Of a stretch of 64,000 bases of DNA, positions 51,401 to 64,000 are shown in pieces. Position 1 is the first letter of the stretch. The number at the start of each line of letters is the position of its first letter. The position numbers and the translations under genes are program-made. The DNA lies in assembly GCF_022045235.1 (NCBI RefSeq), contig NW_027266341.1, positions 23,002,001-23,066,000 on the forward strand, written 5' to 3'. This DNA comes from Haliotis cracherodii. Lineage: Eukaryota. Under the pieces are notes generated by a model, which saw only the letters and a program-made list of their open reading frames with translations, did not search any database and was not told where the DNA came from.

Positions 51401-52722
51401 GAAGAAAGCCCTGTCTGTCTTAAGTCCAATTAATAGAAATCTTTTAAACAAATAATTGCAATCTTTTCTAAGATTGTTTAAAATTGTGCATCTTTTTCTC
51501 ATGTTCGTGTGAGTTCAGGATTACCATTCCATTAAAAATACCTTAAGGTGTATGAAGAAAATATCCTTAGGTCTTCATGAATCTCTGGAAATAGATCAAG
51601 TGGGTTTATTGTTATTGTGGATTTTAATGTCAGATGTTGTTCAGCCTTCTCAATGCTGATAAAATGTTGCTTTCCTAAGCAGATTTGACATATCGTTTTG
51701 TATGTAAATGAGAATTCTTTCCACATGAGAAAAAGTTCACAGGGAAAAGTCTGTCAAAGGAGATAATTTGTTCCTAATATATTCAGAAGAATGAGTGAGA
51801 GAGCTGAGTTTAATGCTGATTTGAACAGTAGCTTTATGTGGTAGGAAAGCCCAAAGTGAGACATGTCTCATATTTAACAGTTTGGTGAAACCCACAAGCA
51901 AGGGAAATGGTGCTGACGAACAGAAACATAATTGGGGCAAACCGAGATTCAAACCCATCATTCAGAACCAGAAATAGTTTATAACTGTGTAATCAGCTTA
52001 TCATAAGTATAAACGGATACAGCTTTATTCTGCAATATTGTATTGTGACAAGTATCGCATTTGAAAATTAAGCGACAAAATCTTTTCCATATCCAAAAGA
52101 AATGTCTGCATAAAGCAGAGTCAATTGTGCATGAGCATGTGTTTATGAATCACTATCAAATAGTAATGATACCACGTGTTCTCGAAAAGGTGAGCGTATC
52201 CTGCCCTACCGATGGCACCCATCACAAACATGCCAAGGCAAGTCAAATAATGCAATAGTTTTGCTAGTTTTGAGACATATTTGTCAAACAATTGATAAGT
52301 GAAAGACTAATTCTCCACAATATGTCTGATCTAGAAATTGTCTCTTCAATATCAGTTTTGAATGTTGAGCAAAAGCATTGCTTTAAAAGTTTGCAGTCAA
52401 ATGCGTAAACTCAAAATATATTTTTTTGATGGTCTAAGAGTAAAGGATTAAAAGAAAAACATCTTTCCAAAAAAATAATTGTCATATCTTTACAGTTGAC
52501 TGGGCATACCCTTTACAACAACTGAAACAGATAAGGCTGGATTCAAGAAAATGTCATAAAAAAATAATAGTTACAAAACAAATGAAAAGAACCTATCTTA
52601 ACACAAGGAAGATTTCCTTTGTGCAGTATCTGCAAACAGGCTTTTTGTGGTAATGGATATTTTTTTCTGAGTCCCTGTTACAGATGAGACAACAAACCCA
52701 GGGTAGTGCTTGGCCCTAGTAG

Positions 52723-53024
52723 TGAGTGAGTGAGTGAGTAAGTTGGGTTTTATGCCGCTTTTAATAGTATTCCAGTTATATCGCAGCGTGTCAGCTTAAT
52801 GTGGGAGGAAAGCCCGAAGTGATGCAGGTCTCAGACGTTTACCACTTCGGTGAAACCCACGAGCACGGGTATGGTGCTGACACATAATCAGAAACATAAC
52901 CTAGAAACATAATCAAGGCGAACCGGGATTCGAACCCATAATCATAGGTTTCTGACATGCCCAAGGGACGCAACTCTGCACAGCGAATCGCGGCGCCTTA
53001 GACGACTGAGCCACCTGTGCCCCC
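52723..53024 (-). mobile_element. SINE family B, full length, followed by fused A and C copies to about 53376
   Basis: TSD CCCTAGTA, A and B boxes, small internal duplication of AGAAACATAA. Confidence 0.9.
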
Positions 53025-54687
53025 TAGTAAGGGAGAGAGAGAGTGCGTATGGTTTTACGCTGCTTTTAGCATTATTCCAGCAATATCATGGCGGGGGACA
53101 CCAGAAATGATCTTCGCACATTGTACCCATGTGGGGAATCAAACCCGGGTCTTCGTTTTGTGCTGCACTCAGCAATATTCCAGCTATATGATGGCCGTCA
53201 GTAAATAATCAAGTCTTGACCAGACAATCCAGGGACATATGAGTATTGATCAATAGCAACTGGGATGCAATAACATGCATCAACCAAGCCTGCGAGTTTG
53301 ACCACCCAATCCTCTTACTTGCCTCTTATGATATGCATGGATTGCGTAAGACCCATTCTAACCTGGATCTTCAGAGGGGCACAAGAATGGGTGATGTGTT
53401 CACTGAAAAAGGACACACTATGAAGCTGTGGACTGTTTGAAATGATGATTTGATGATCCTGGCATGACAAAGGGATGCATCTCTTCACAGCACATTGGCA
53501 TGTCCCAGGTCACACAGCCCATTTAAACAATTTGATATTGTCAATATTGGTGACAAAATTGTAAATACAAGTCAGGTCAGAAAAGGGGAAACATGCAGTT
53601 TGTAAAGTTTAAGATAATGGATGACTGACAAAATGCCATGGAATTAGCTCACTTAAACCTATTCAGTTTAGACGATAAAATATATGGATATAATCAACAT
53701 AAATGTGATATATTATGTTGCTATTTCACCTGAGTTGTACATTGCCTATGAACCACAAAGAGCTGCTTTTGCCTTAAGTCCATAATCAATATCCATTAAA
53801 TGACAGCATCAAAGGCTATTGTGGTTTTATATTTGGTAACATATTGTTGTTATAATCCCATATGTCAGGACAGTTGCTAGTTTTAGTGACAATTCAATGG
53901 GTGTGTCTCGTTTTGTAAATCAAATATTGATTCTCAATAATTCAGATCTAAATGACTCAACAAGCTTGTGCACTGTAATGCTGATAAGTAAAATTCAGGA
54001 TATAAATTTCAGAATAAGTTCAATTTATTTTTATTTTTTCAATTCATGAATTATTAAACTGAAATCAAAGAAAGTTTTCAATGTCATTTTGACAATCACA
54101 GCACCTAAACCAACCAAAAACGTATTTGGGTACTTCTTCAAAGAATTTTCAAAATCTTTTTAGGGACCTTATCCACTTTATTCTCAGCTGGTTCAATTAT
54201 ACAGAGGAAATGGATTTGTCTTCTGAAAGAAACCCAAACTGTCAAATCAATCAACTAAAAGAAAAAACAAAAATCTAACACTAAGGTTTAAATTGTTAAT
54301 GAAATTTACATGTAGGACAAAATTGATACAAAAGTATCTGACTTTTAAAGGGATTTAAAAATGTACGAAGGACATTCAGTACTTTGGAGTTTTCCATCAG
54401 GGATTGAGCGACAAGTTGAAGGAATTCATGAAGAAGAATAGTGTCCAGGGTCTCATTCCACACATGCATTGGTTAATTACAATACCCTTTGTCCATTAGA
54501 TACATAAAGATAAAATCTTGCTGTATTTGTTTAGAAACATTTTTTTAACTGGATGCACAGAGTACGAAAAAGGAAAGCAAAAGTTTCGTAATGTGAACAA
54601 AGTAGCCCTGCCAACAGTCATCCTGGTCATGTCGCATCCTGCTCATGTGAGTACAACACATCACAAAATCACTACTTCAGTTAAAGG

Positions 54688-54931
54688 TTTTGTTTGTTTG
54701 TTGTTTAACGCTGCACTCAGCAATACTCCAGCTATATGACAGTGGTCTGTAAATAATCCAATCTGGACCAGACAATCCAGCGATTGACATCATAAGCATT
54801 GATCTACGCAATTGGGATACAATGACATGCATCTACCAAGTAAGTGAGCCTGACTATCCGATCCTGTTGGTCGCTTCTCGTGTCAAGCATGGGTTGCTTA
54901 AGAGCAATTCTAATCAGGATCTTCACAGGTT
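54688..54931 (-). mobile_element. Family C retroposon
   Basis: Aligns with 1895-2161. Single-hairpin subtype. Confidence 0.85.
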
Positions 54932-55364
54932 CAGTTGAAGGTATGGAACTAATGGACCTAAAATCCCTCTCACAAATCAAATTAGCAATGTTTCCAATAT
55001 ATAAAGATAAGTGAGTAGGGTATTCAGCTGGTTTTAGCAATATGCCAGCAATATCATGCCCAGATGACACCAGAAAAGGGCTTCAACTAATACACCCATG
55101 GTTGAGCTTATGTGACTGACTTGCCTTTGCATGTGTTTGTAGCAGGTGCTGCCGGTGGGGCAGGATATGCTCATCTATTCACGAACACCTGGTGTCATCG
55201 CTGTTTGAGAAATGGTTCATGGGCACATGCTTACAGTTTGAACAGAGTTATAGTCAACTCTGATTTTGGCAGAAACTTTCTTGTGGGTATGGAAAAGGTT
55301 TGTCACTCTCTTTTTAAATAAAAACACATTTCTGATGATACTCAATCCTAGCAATGTGTGTGTT

Positions 55365-55593
55365 TGCTGTTTAATGCTGTTTAATGCCATATTCAGCTAT
55401 ACCACAGATGCCTGTAAGGACTCAAGCCTAAACCAGACAATCCAGTGATTGATATTGTGAGCAACAATCCAAGCAGTCAGTGTATGATAACATGCAATTT
55501 ACAAAGTCACTAAGGCTGACCACCCGATCGATTTGGTCACCTTTTACGACCAGCATAGGTTGCTGGGGACCTGTTCTAACCTGAATCCCCATG
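55365..55593 (-). mobile_element. Family C retroposon, divergent subfamily
   Basis: Diverged body with compensatory changes in the 5' stems. Confidence 0.75.
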
Positions 55594-57659
55594 GAAGCAT
55601 TCCTGTCAATGATTGCCCTAACTTTCTCAGTTTACTAGACATACAGATGTCGTGTAAGGATCAGGCACTTGAATGAGGCTCTTCAATCTAACACTATGAT
55701 TTTAAATATTGCATTAACGACTAACGGACAATGCCAATGTAAATCTTGAACCTCTAAGAAAGGTATATGGAAAATAATTCAAAATAGAAAGTCCAGTTGA
55801 TTGAAAGTTATAGAAAACCTGCCATATATACTAAAACATCAATGCTTAAATCCCTATATCTGTCACACGATAAGAAGAAACTCACACAAAATGGAAGCAC
55901 AAATTAATAGGAACCTAGTGACAAATCTTTGTCATCATTGTTTGAAAATGAGTAAACATGTATATTTAAACAAAACAATGACCTACGTAACAAATACATT
56001 TCCATCTAGCAAATGTTTTCCCCTTTGAGTACAGAATATGGGGTAAGAGTAAGGGCATAAATAATGAACCAGTGAAAAGGAAATTTAAAAAACAAAATCT
56101 TGTTAGCTACATTTACTCATTTTTTAAGATGGATAAGGTCTACACTGCATTCAATACCAACAATCAGATCACTTTGCTTTCCTATTTCAAGGATTGTCTT
56201 GGCCAGTTTGCTATGAGGCTACAGACTACAGAAATACGATAACAGAACAAAAGATTTCAAAATATGCAGACTTTCAATCAGAAAGAGCATGTACAGTTTT
56301 TCTCTGCATATGCAAAATGTAGGGCAGATCACATCTTTTATGCAAATTGAATGAGTGGCAGATGCTACCGGCAATGCAGGACATGCTTATCTTTTTCACG
56401 AACACATGGTGTGAATGATATTTCCTCTGATTCATTAACATTATTTTGACTGCTATTTTGCTTTTTATGGATTCTAAAATCAACACTGATTATTCTCTGT
56501 GTTGTCGCTTTATATTGTATCATGAAACAAGAAATAAATATGATGTGTCTAAGCATAGTTTATCTCACTTACTGATTGCTACAATATTGCAGCAATGTAG
56601 AACAACGTCATAAAATATGAACATAGTTAAAGAACATTGTTGTCACCTTTTGCTAGCTGATGACAACCACAATTTTACAGACATACCTTCTCAAACTGCA
56701 GCGGGTGTCTATCAGATTACCTAGGCTTATTTGAACCAGTGTAAAATCACAATCCAGTTATATCCAACTACCACAGCAAGTGAAATCCAAGAAAGCTGGC
56801 AGTCGATCCACACAGTTCCAAGATTCTCTGACAAGTGACCTTTTCCTTTGCAAACCTCCAACTATTATCTACTCCAATGCGCAATCAAGGTAATTCATTA
56901 ATAAAGTCATCTAAGCAATTAAGTCCTCGGTCAGCAGGTGAGCAAATTGACTTATGTCTGTGTTAATGGCCATTAAATATTTAATTCAATAACAACTTAT
57001 AATGAAGAGGGGAGAAGAGAAACCTAGACTTGCTGATTACTTGTGGAGACTAGGCCTGAGGTCTTACCTGTGACAGTAATGATTCATGCTTGGATTAGCT
57101 TACAGGTAGACAATGGATTCTGTACAGGTGTGATTTAAACCTGCCATTGTCTTTGATTATTTCTATCAAGTGTTTAGGAATATGTGATTTTTCTAACATC
57201 TTTCACTTCTGCCACACTCATGATTTTAGAAGAGGATCAGGTATTGTAATAGGAGAAGTGAAGTTGTCAGTGATGTCATAACATTTGAGCCTTCTGTCTG
57301 GCTGGCATCTGTGATGGACATGAGAGATTTCAGTCGTCCACTTTTACAAAAGAGTCCTTTTTAAGAAGATTAAAAAGAAATGAGATATATTTGTGACTGC
57401 AAAATGTCAATATGTTCTGTCTGTGTTGGAGATTTGTTGTGTGCTTCAAATGACATGACAGATGATTCCCTCACATCTGAAAGCATCTTAAAGTGAAGCA
57501 ATGGCTACAATTGGCTGAGACTTTGATAGCTCATTTTCATTCTATGCAACATAGGAACTTGGTTTCCTCAATATTATAATACATTTGTCATCAAAGCTTG
57601 GACTAAAAGAAATCCATAAAAATTCAAATTTGTATTATGTTCATGAGATATTAGATATC

Positions 57660-58230
57660 TTTATGTCGAGCATTATTCCTGCAGCTCCAGCCTTTGGTGT
57701 TTACATTTCACAACTTCTGAAGTACAATTGAACATGCTATTTCTACAGAGATTCCGAAGAGTATCATACAACTCTTGTTCAAAAGTTGTTTGATCAAGGT
57801 TACAAGATTCAAGAAATCGGTAAAGCTTTCAAACTTTCAAAAAGTTTGATGGTAGACACATGGAGGACATCAGTGACACAAATCATGTCTGATGATATTC
57901 CCTTTTATGTACCATGTGTTCCCGTGTTGTTGTTTAGGTGAATAATTTACTTGCCTTTGCATGTGTTTGTGATGGGTGTCACTGGTGGGGCAGGATAAGC
58001 CGAAAATTGGCTTCACACATCGAACCCATGTGAACCAAACCCGGGTCTTCAGTGTGACGAGCAAACCAAAAACCTACAGGTACCCAACCTCCCGCAATAA
58101 CATTTGAAATGATACTGTTGCCACCCGTGGGGCAGGATATTCTAACCTTTTCATGAACACCTGGTATCATCACTATTTGATAGTGATTCATAAACACATG
58201 CACATGACAGTCCGAACTGCACAATCAACT
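57660..58230 (+). mobile_element. Penelope-like element 3' part (RT thumb then structured tail), interrupted by a SINE A fragment
   Basis: SIIPAAPAFGVYISQLLKY...LVQKLFDQGYKIQ...KFDGRH. The tail recurs near 21140, 22800, 52135, 55129, 56330, 59560 and 60310. Confidence 0.75.
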
Positions 58231-59320
58231 CTGCTTTGAAAATGTTTTTTTCCATGTTCAGTTAAGATTTTCAACAGCTTACAATGTTAACATTGAACAT
58301 CGGCTTATTAATTATCAACAGATCCAAATCCCATGAGACACTGTAATGATTAAGTTCATCACTATTATTAAGCAACACGAGGAAGCACCTTGCGCTCTTT
58401 CAAGGCCAAGTCCAAAACAATCAATACCTTCCTCTAAGGGTTTTCCATAAAAAACACATAATCGAGAGCGATTTTGCTCATGTTTGGGATTGGACCATTA
58501 GGACGGCTTCCAACAAAAGCTACGAGCACATGTAATTAGACAGCAGTTTCTTTTTGATGGCATTTGAAGAAACCTGCAGAGTTCAGAAGAAATCATAATT
58601 AGCTTTGTCATAATAAATCAAAGACAACTTTTATGCACGCTCATGCTGACATGGAAATTAGCTTCATATATTTTGCAGGAATCATAATTTTGGTGTCATA
58701 AAGTTGCCTAACACAAGGTTGGCCTAAAAATCATGGTGGTCTTGCCCTGAAAGGGATTTTGAGGAATGCCTGGTCTCAATTCTATGACTGGCAAAGTAAT
58801 AATGAAAAGTATAGCCTTGGGTACTATCATCTAAGGAAGACATTTCTAAAGTGAAATATGTTTGAAATGAAAATCCATTGATTTTCACCTTTGAAAAATA
58901 ATTCAAATTATTTTCCATGTTTGAAGAAACTTCAAATATTGTTGTTCAGCATCAAATGTTAATAAACTGAAATTGGTTTTTACTCTTTTATACAGTTGCA
59001 CATCTGTATGGAGATTTATTTGGAACATGACATTTTTTGGCAGTAATTGCATTCATAGAATGTCATATGGTAGTGACCATTTGTTGTACCTTAATTAACA
59101 AAATTCATTAACCTCCCACATAGCCTCTCATTGCCAAAGTCCCATGTCCAATATCATCTGAACAGATCCTGTTTATGTCTAAAGCTGATCTCCATTCCCA
59201 TTCATAAATACAGATTGAGGTAATTTTGTGCTGCAACTTTGATGGCAAAAAACATCCTGAATGGAATATCATGTATATGTATGCTACACTTCTTTATACG
59301 ACAATAACATGTAAATAAAG

Positions 59321-59478
59321 TAAGTGAGCGAGTGAGTATGATTTTACACCGCTTTTAGCAATATTCCAGAAATATCACGGCGGGGGACACAAGAAATGGG
59401 CTTCACGCATTGTACCCATGTCGGGAATCAAACCCGGGTCTTTGGCGTGGTTTACCCACTAGGCGATCCGACCACCCC
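59321..59478 (-). mobile_element. SINE family A
   Basis: TSD TGTAAATAAA and family A body. Confidence 0.88.
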
Positions 59479-60498
59479 TGTAAATAAATAGACATAAAAC
59501 ATTTCAATAATCATAAGAAATCTCTGCTCGAGTCCATAGTATGGGTGTGACTATATCATAAGCATGTATATATGAATCACTATCAAATAGTGACAACAGG
59601 TGTTCGCATAAAGAAAACTTATATGTATTAAATCCCATGGTAAAACCAAGTAGATTAATCATTTTCAAACAACTTTGAGACAAATTGATTTATTAAGAAA
59701 TGCAAGCTATTGGGAAACTCTGGAGTATTCCCATGGTTGAACTGTAACAATCTGTTGCTGTGCCGGGCAAGTAGGCGTTATTGCAATCATAACAAAATGT
59801 CAGTTTCTCAGAAAGGCCAGGATAACTCATTTAACATTTTCTAGCCATAAATCTGTCTTACAGCTATGAAAAGTGACAGAAAGATAAGAAAAACTATGTT
59901 CCATTAAAAGTATGCCAATTACAACTGCTTGCTTTCACTGTTTTCCTTTTGGAGAAACCCCAAAGGGTTTGGTAATCAACAGACATTCAAAATATAGGGA
60001 AACCAAAGTTATTAAGTGAAAACTTTATTCTTTAATTATCAAACCTAATAATTATCTCAGCATTTTATAATGCTGCTGAAAGAATCATAATAATTACATT
60101 CATCCAGAAAAATACAGACACATAAAAACCAAGCTCAGTAGTATAGAAGCGATAAATGAACGATCACTTGTGAGTGAAGACATCAAAATGATATTATGCA
60201 TTTTCGTCACTATCAGAAAGTTAAATATTTTTTTATAAAAAATACAAAGAGCGACAAACCCTCTCCATAGACACAAGAAATCTCTGCTAAGAAGCAGACT
60301 GTATCATAAGCATGTGTTTATGAATCACTTTCAAATAGAAATGATACCAGGTGTTAAGTCAGTGTATCCTGCCCCACTGGTGGGACCCATCACAAATACA
60401 TGCAAAGATAAGTCAATTGTTTAGAAGACATGGAGCATATGGTAGGTAATTGCATGGGACATATGGGTCACTGCTGCAACAAATCTGGAAACGTTCTC

Positions 60499-60515
60499 CA
60501 TATACATATACATAC

Positions 60516-60563
<48 letters not shown>
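60499..60563. repeat. (TACATA)n/(TA)n microsatellite
   Basis: Read directly. Confidence 0.97.
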
Positions 60564-60566
<3 letters not shown>

Positions 60567-62311
60567 ACTGAGACCGTGAATAACATGTTTATCTCATGGA
60601 CAAAAATGTCACCTTTTTCAGGTCACGAAATTAGATTAACAAGGCATGTTATTTGACAAGGCAAAGCAAATGTTCTGTTTTATCATGTGTTTTCGTACTG
60701 ATTGTCATGATCATACAATGAAAACTAGAGGCCTTAAATGTTGTAAACTTGATCAAACAACTTTCGAGCAACTGCCACATGACATGGGTCTTGGGAATCT
60801 CCATGGAAAAAAACATTCTCGATTATACTGGTAATCCTAATAAAGAAAATCTAAACTTTTACATTTCATATCAATAGTGTTAGAGAGTTAAAAGAGAATT
60901 ACCTTTTAATCAACTTAAAGGACGACAAGTTTCCTCAACAAACTATGTGAAACTTTCAGTTTATATCAAATCACACAACCTTGGTTATACTTAAAAATCT
61001 ATATATGTACGCATAACATACAACTCAACATTTGGTTAGGACCAAAATAGTCATCTTTGGTCAAAGGTGTGATCCTTAGCAACAGTTGAGTAGTATATGT
61101 TAGTAGTAAGATCAGTAGGTTCATATCATTTTGTAATTGGGCAGCCACTGATTTACTCATAGCACAAAAACATTAAATACATAAACATACATGCCATACA
61201 AATCCAACATGATGATAAATATTATATATGAAATCAAATAGAACATCTTATTCACACTGACACTCTTTAAATATTTCCCCAAGTACTTTATCTCGTATAT
61301 TGTCTGGATGGTAAATGCACAGGAGGAACAAGGGTCAAGAACCCAGATTCAAAACAGACCTAAGGGGATACAATTGAAATTGGGCACATGTACATGCCCT
61401 TGGGGTTCTAGGGACTATAAACTCCACTCCAACTTCACCAGCTATTAAAGTGAACCACAAAAGCACCCTAACTACACTATCCCAATTAGCTTCATTAGTT
61501 AGAGCTCGTCAAATCCCTTAAACCAACAAAGAGTCATGGTTGTACTCCAGGACATGCTCATCCATGGGTGAACTGCAGTGTGATTTATGCTTGAAGACTT
61601 GCTGCAATAAAAGTGTCTTGGAATGATTGTTTGGGTTAGCTTTGAATTTAGGTCAGTACTAATGATAATGATAGGTTTACAACCCAAGGTGAATCTTCAG
61701 AATAGATGATGTTGTTTTTGTAACGATACTATTGTTTACATTAATCGGTCGTAATTAAGCTTGACAGGTCAATCAAATTAATTACTTTTACAGCTTTTGT
61801 TTATAGGCCGCTTCTAGTGTATGTACTTCCTGTAGAAGGGTCCCGAAGAGTTACGCATTTGTTCTACACGGTCTTCACAAAGATAGCAAATTCTTGAAAC
61901 AGACTTTTGTCGAGACTCCCCTTTTTTTATATAGTATATAATGCCGGTGGTGAGACTGTCATCAGTCTACCTTAAAACAGGAGATATGAAAGCTGAATAA
62001 AGATCAGCCCCTGGAAATTGGCCTTAGCCTGCAAGTGGTGAGTGTTGTTTTTAACCAGTCTGATTTTTCATGTTTTTGAAAACATATTTGTTTATGAAAA
62101 AATTAAATGTATTAGGCACAAGTGAGGCCATCTCCTACATACATGTTATGACATTTTGGTGCCGCGCTCTCGCCACACACACATTTATAATAAATACTGT
62201 ACATTTGCGAATAATGATTGTGCATGATATGTATGGTGCAGAAAAATAATATATAATATACAAACTGTTTGACTGGCATACTAGAATTTGATGAATAAGT
62301 CAGAAAACATA

Positions 62312-62438
62312 TACTACTCAAAAGAAGTTAAAGAACACCCGATTCTTTCATATTACTACAGTTTATCTGTCTTGGCATGTGAGGTTAACCGTAGTAATAT
62401 GAAAGAATTGGGTGTTCTTTAACTTCTTTTGAGTAGTA
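62312..62438. mobile_element. 127-bp Tc1-type MITE
   Basis: ~50-bp inverted repeats beginning TACTACTCAAAAGAAGTTAAAGAACACCC (2 mismatches) with TA on both flanks. Confidence 0.9.
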
Positions 62439-62646
62439 TACTTTATTTTGATGTAGATTCTTACACTGTTATCGATCTGAAGAGTACGACTCCAGGTTGA
62501 TAACGGTGTAATATACCGAAACGTGGCTATATGCATTAAACCAGAAGTAGTTATCCACCAAGTTGTATGTTTTACATAAATACACGCATACCTATGTAGT
62601 GGTACATTTATTACAGATTCTTTATGTATTATGACAGCAGTTAGTG

Positions 62647-63846
62647 AAACAAGAGGCCCATAGGGCCTGTATGGCTCATCTGGATACTTACGCAATCATG
62701 ACAAAACATACATTTGCATTGTACATGTATATAATACTGCAAATATTTCGTAATTTTGACTGTCAGGACTTAAAAGAGGTGGATGGCAAATCCGACAGCA
62801 TGAACGTGTATTTCTCTAGATACAAATGTAGCATCAAGATGATCAAGAATCTAAGTTTCCACAGGCAAGGCTGAACCCCAGGGTGAATCCTATTGTCATA
62901 AATGCATTATTCTCTTCATAACAAACAAATGTATACAATGTATCTGTTTATTATAGGATGGGGATAATATCGGTTTGCATGTTATGGTCAAGGTTCTAAC
63001 ACCTTTGTGAGTGCTGGCCAGATGAACAGAAGGGCCTGTCCTGGTACCATATGTGCATTCCTCTCATTATACTCAGCAATTGTACATCTTGGTATACAGT
63101 GGGGATCTTAACTGTGTCCAAGTTATAAACTCTTTTTGGCCCCACCCCTCAGCCCCTCCATTTGTAAAATTCCCACCACCTGAGAATACTTCCAACCAAA
63201 TATGGTTGATGTCTATCTCTTGGTTCCAGAGAAAAAGTCGTTTAAAACATTATTGCAATACTACCTTTTTAGCCCCAACCCTCAGTCCACAGGGGTGGAG
63301 GTGGGTGTGAGGGTGGGGTTCAGCCCCTCCTTTTCCCCAATTTGAATCCCCACCATTGGACAATGCTACCAACCAAATATGGTTGATAACTATCTCTTAG
63401 TTCCAGAGAGGAAGTCGTTTAAAGCAATAATGCCAAATTACCCCTATTTCACCCTGCCCCTCAGCCCCTTGGGGGGTGATCAGCCCTTACATTTGTACAG
63501 TTTTGAATTCTCACCACGAGAGAATGCTTCCAACCATATATGGTTGATATCTATCTCTTAGTTCCAGAGAAGAAGTCGTTTGACACAATATAGTCAAATT
63601 ACCCCTATTTTGGCCTCGCCCCTTAGCCCCTTGGGGGGTCAGCTCCACCATTTGTAAAGTTTTTAATCCCCACCACCTAGGGATGCTTTCAGTCAATTTT
63701 CGTTAATTTCCAATTAGTGGTTCAGAAGAAGAAGTCGTTTGAATAAATTGATGGACATATGACGGACGGATGACGGACGGACGACGGACGGATACTACGG
63801 TATGGCATAAGCTCACCTTGGTCCTTCGGACCCGGTGAGCTAATAA
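62647..63846 (+). mobile_element. Helentron/HINE-like non-autonomous element with internal tandem array
   Basis: Starts AAACAAGAGGCCCATAGGGCCT. Contains about four 160-177 bp repeats ending GTTCCAGAGA.GAAGTCGTTT, an (ACGG)n tract, and a terminal hairpin AGCTCACC..GGTCCTTCGGACC..GGTGAGCT. Confidence 0.75.
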
Positions 63847-64000
63847 CATGACTACTGGCAGACCATGATCTACACCATAGCATATGACATAAAAACAACC
63901 CGTCATACATGGCAGCCTTTAAAATACATCTTCTTTTTTTTAAAGTCTAGTCTAGTCATCAGATTGCACAAAGTTCTGCTTGAACAAGACAAAACTGTTG

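Noticed and set aside
40680-57130. Apparent excess of CAGGTG/CAGGTA motifs upstream of the protocadherin
   Set aside because: Enrichment over background cannot be judged without counting, so it is left unsupported.
39700-62000. Further protocadherin variable exons upstream
   Set aside because: No long ORF or cadherin motif in the ORF track or by eye. The short ORFs map to repeats or AT-rich DNA.

Overview
AT-rich, repeat-dense animal genomic DNA. It is probably a gastropod mollusc such as abalone (inferred from the repeat families and protocadherin style, not verified). The window holds one protein-coding gene, a minus-strand protocadherin with 7 cadherin repeats, rebuilt by hand as four coding exons with compatible phases: 39250-36524, 32833-32666, 32225-32102 and 27395-26848 (about 1188 aa). 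A probable poly(A) site lies near 26.0 kb and 5'-UTR splice acceptors lie near 39.5-39.6 kb. The rest is intergenic or intronic DNA filled with mobile elements: two tRNA-headed SINE families (A, B), a non-tRNA retroposon family (C) sharing their 3' tail, Penelope-like remnants of two types, DIRS-like remnants, an internally deleted Tc1 (DD34E), a Tc1-type MITE, a Helentron/HINE-like element, two minisatellites that grew inside retroposon copies, and a 1.6-kb tandem duplication. The strongest candidate for something undescribed is a four-way-junction RNA with a kissing loop at the 5' end of family C, which shows compensatory changes between copies. Two splice-site oddities in the protocadherin also stand out: an alternative acceptor giving a CaaX C-terminus, and an AG|GT ratchet-like site. 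All alignments and folds were done by eye, so repeat boundaries are approximate.
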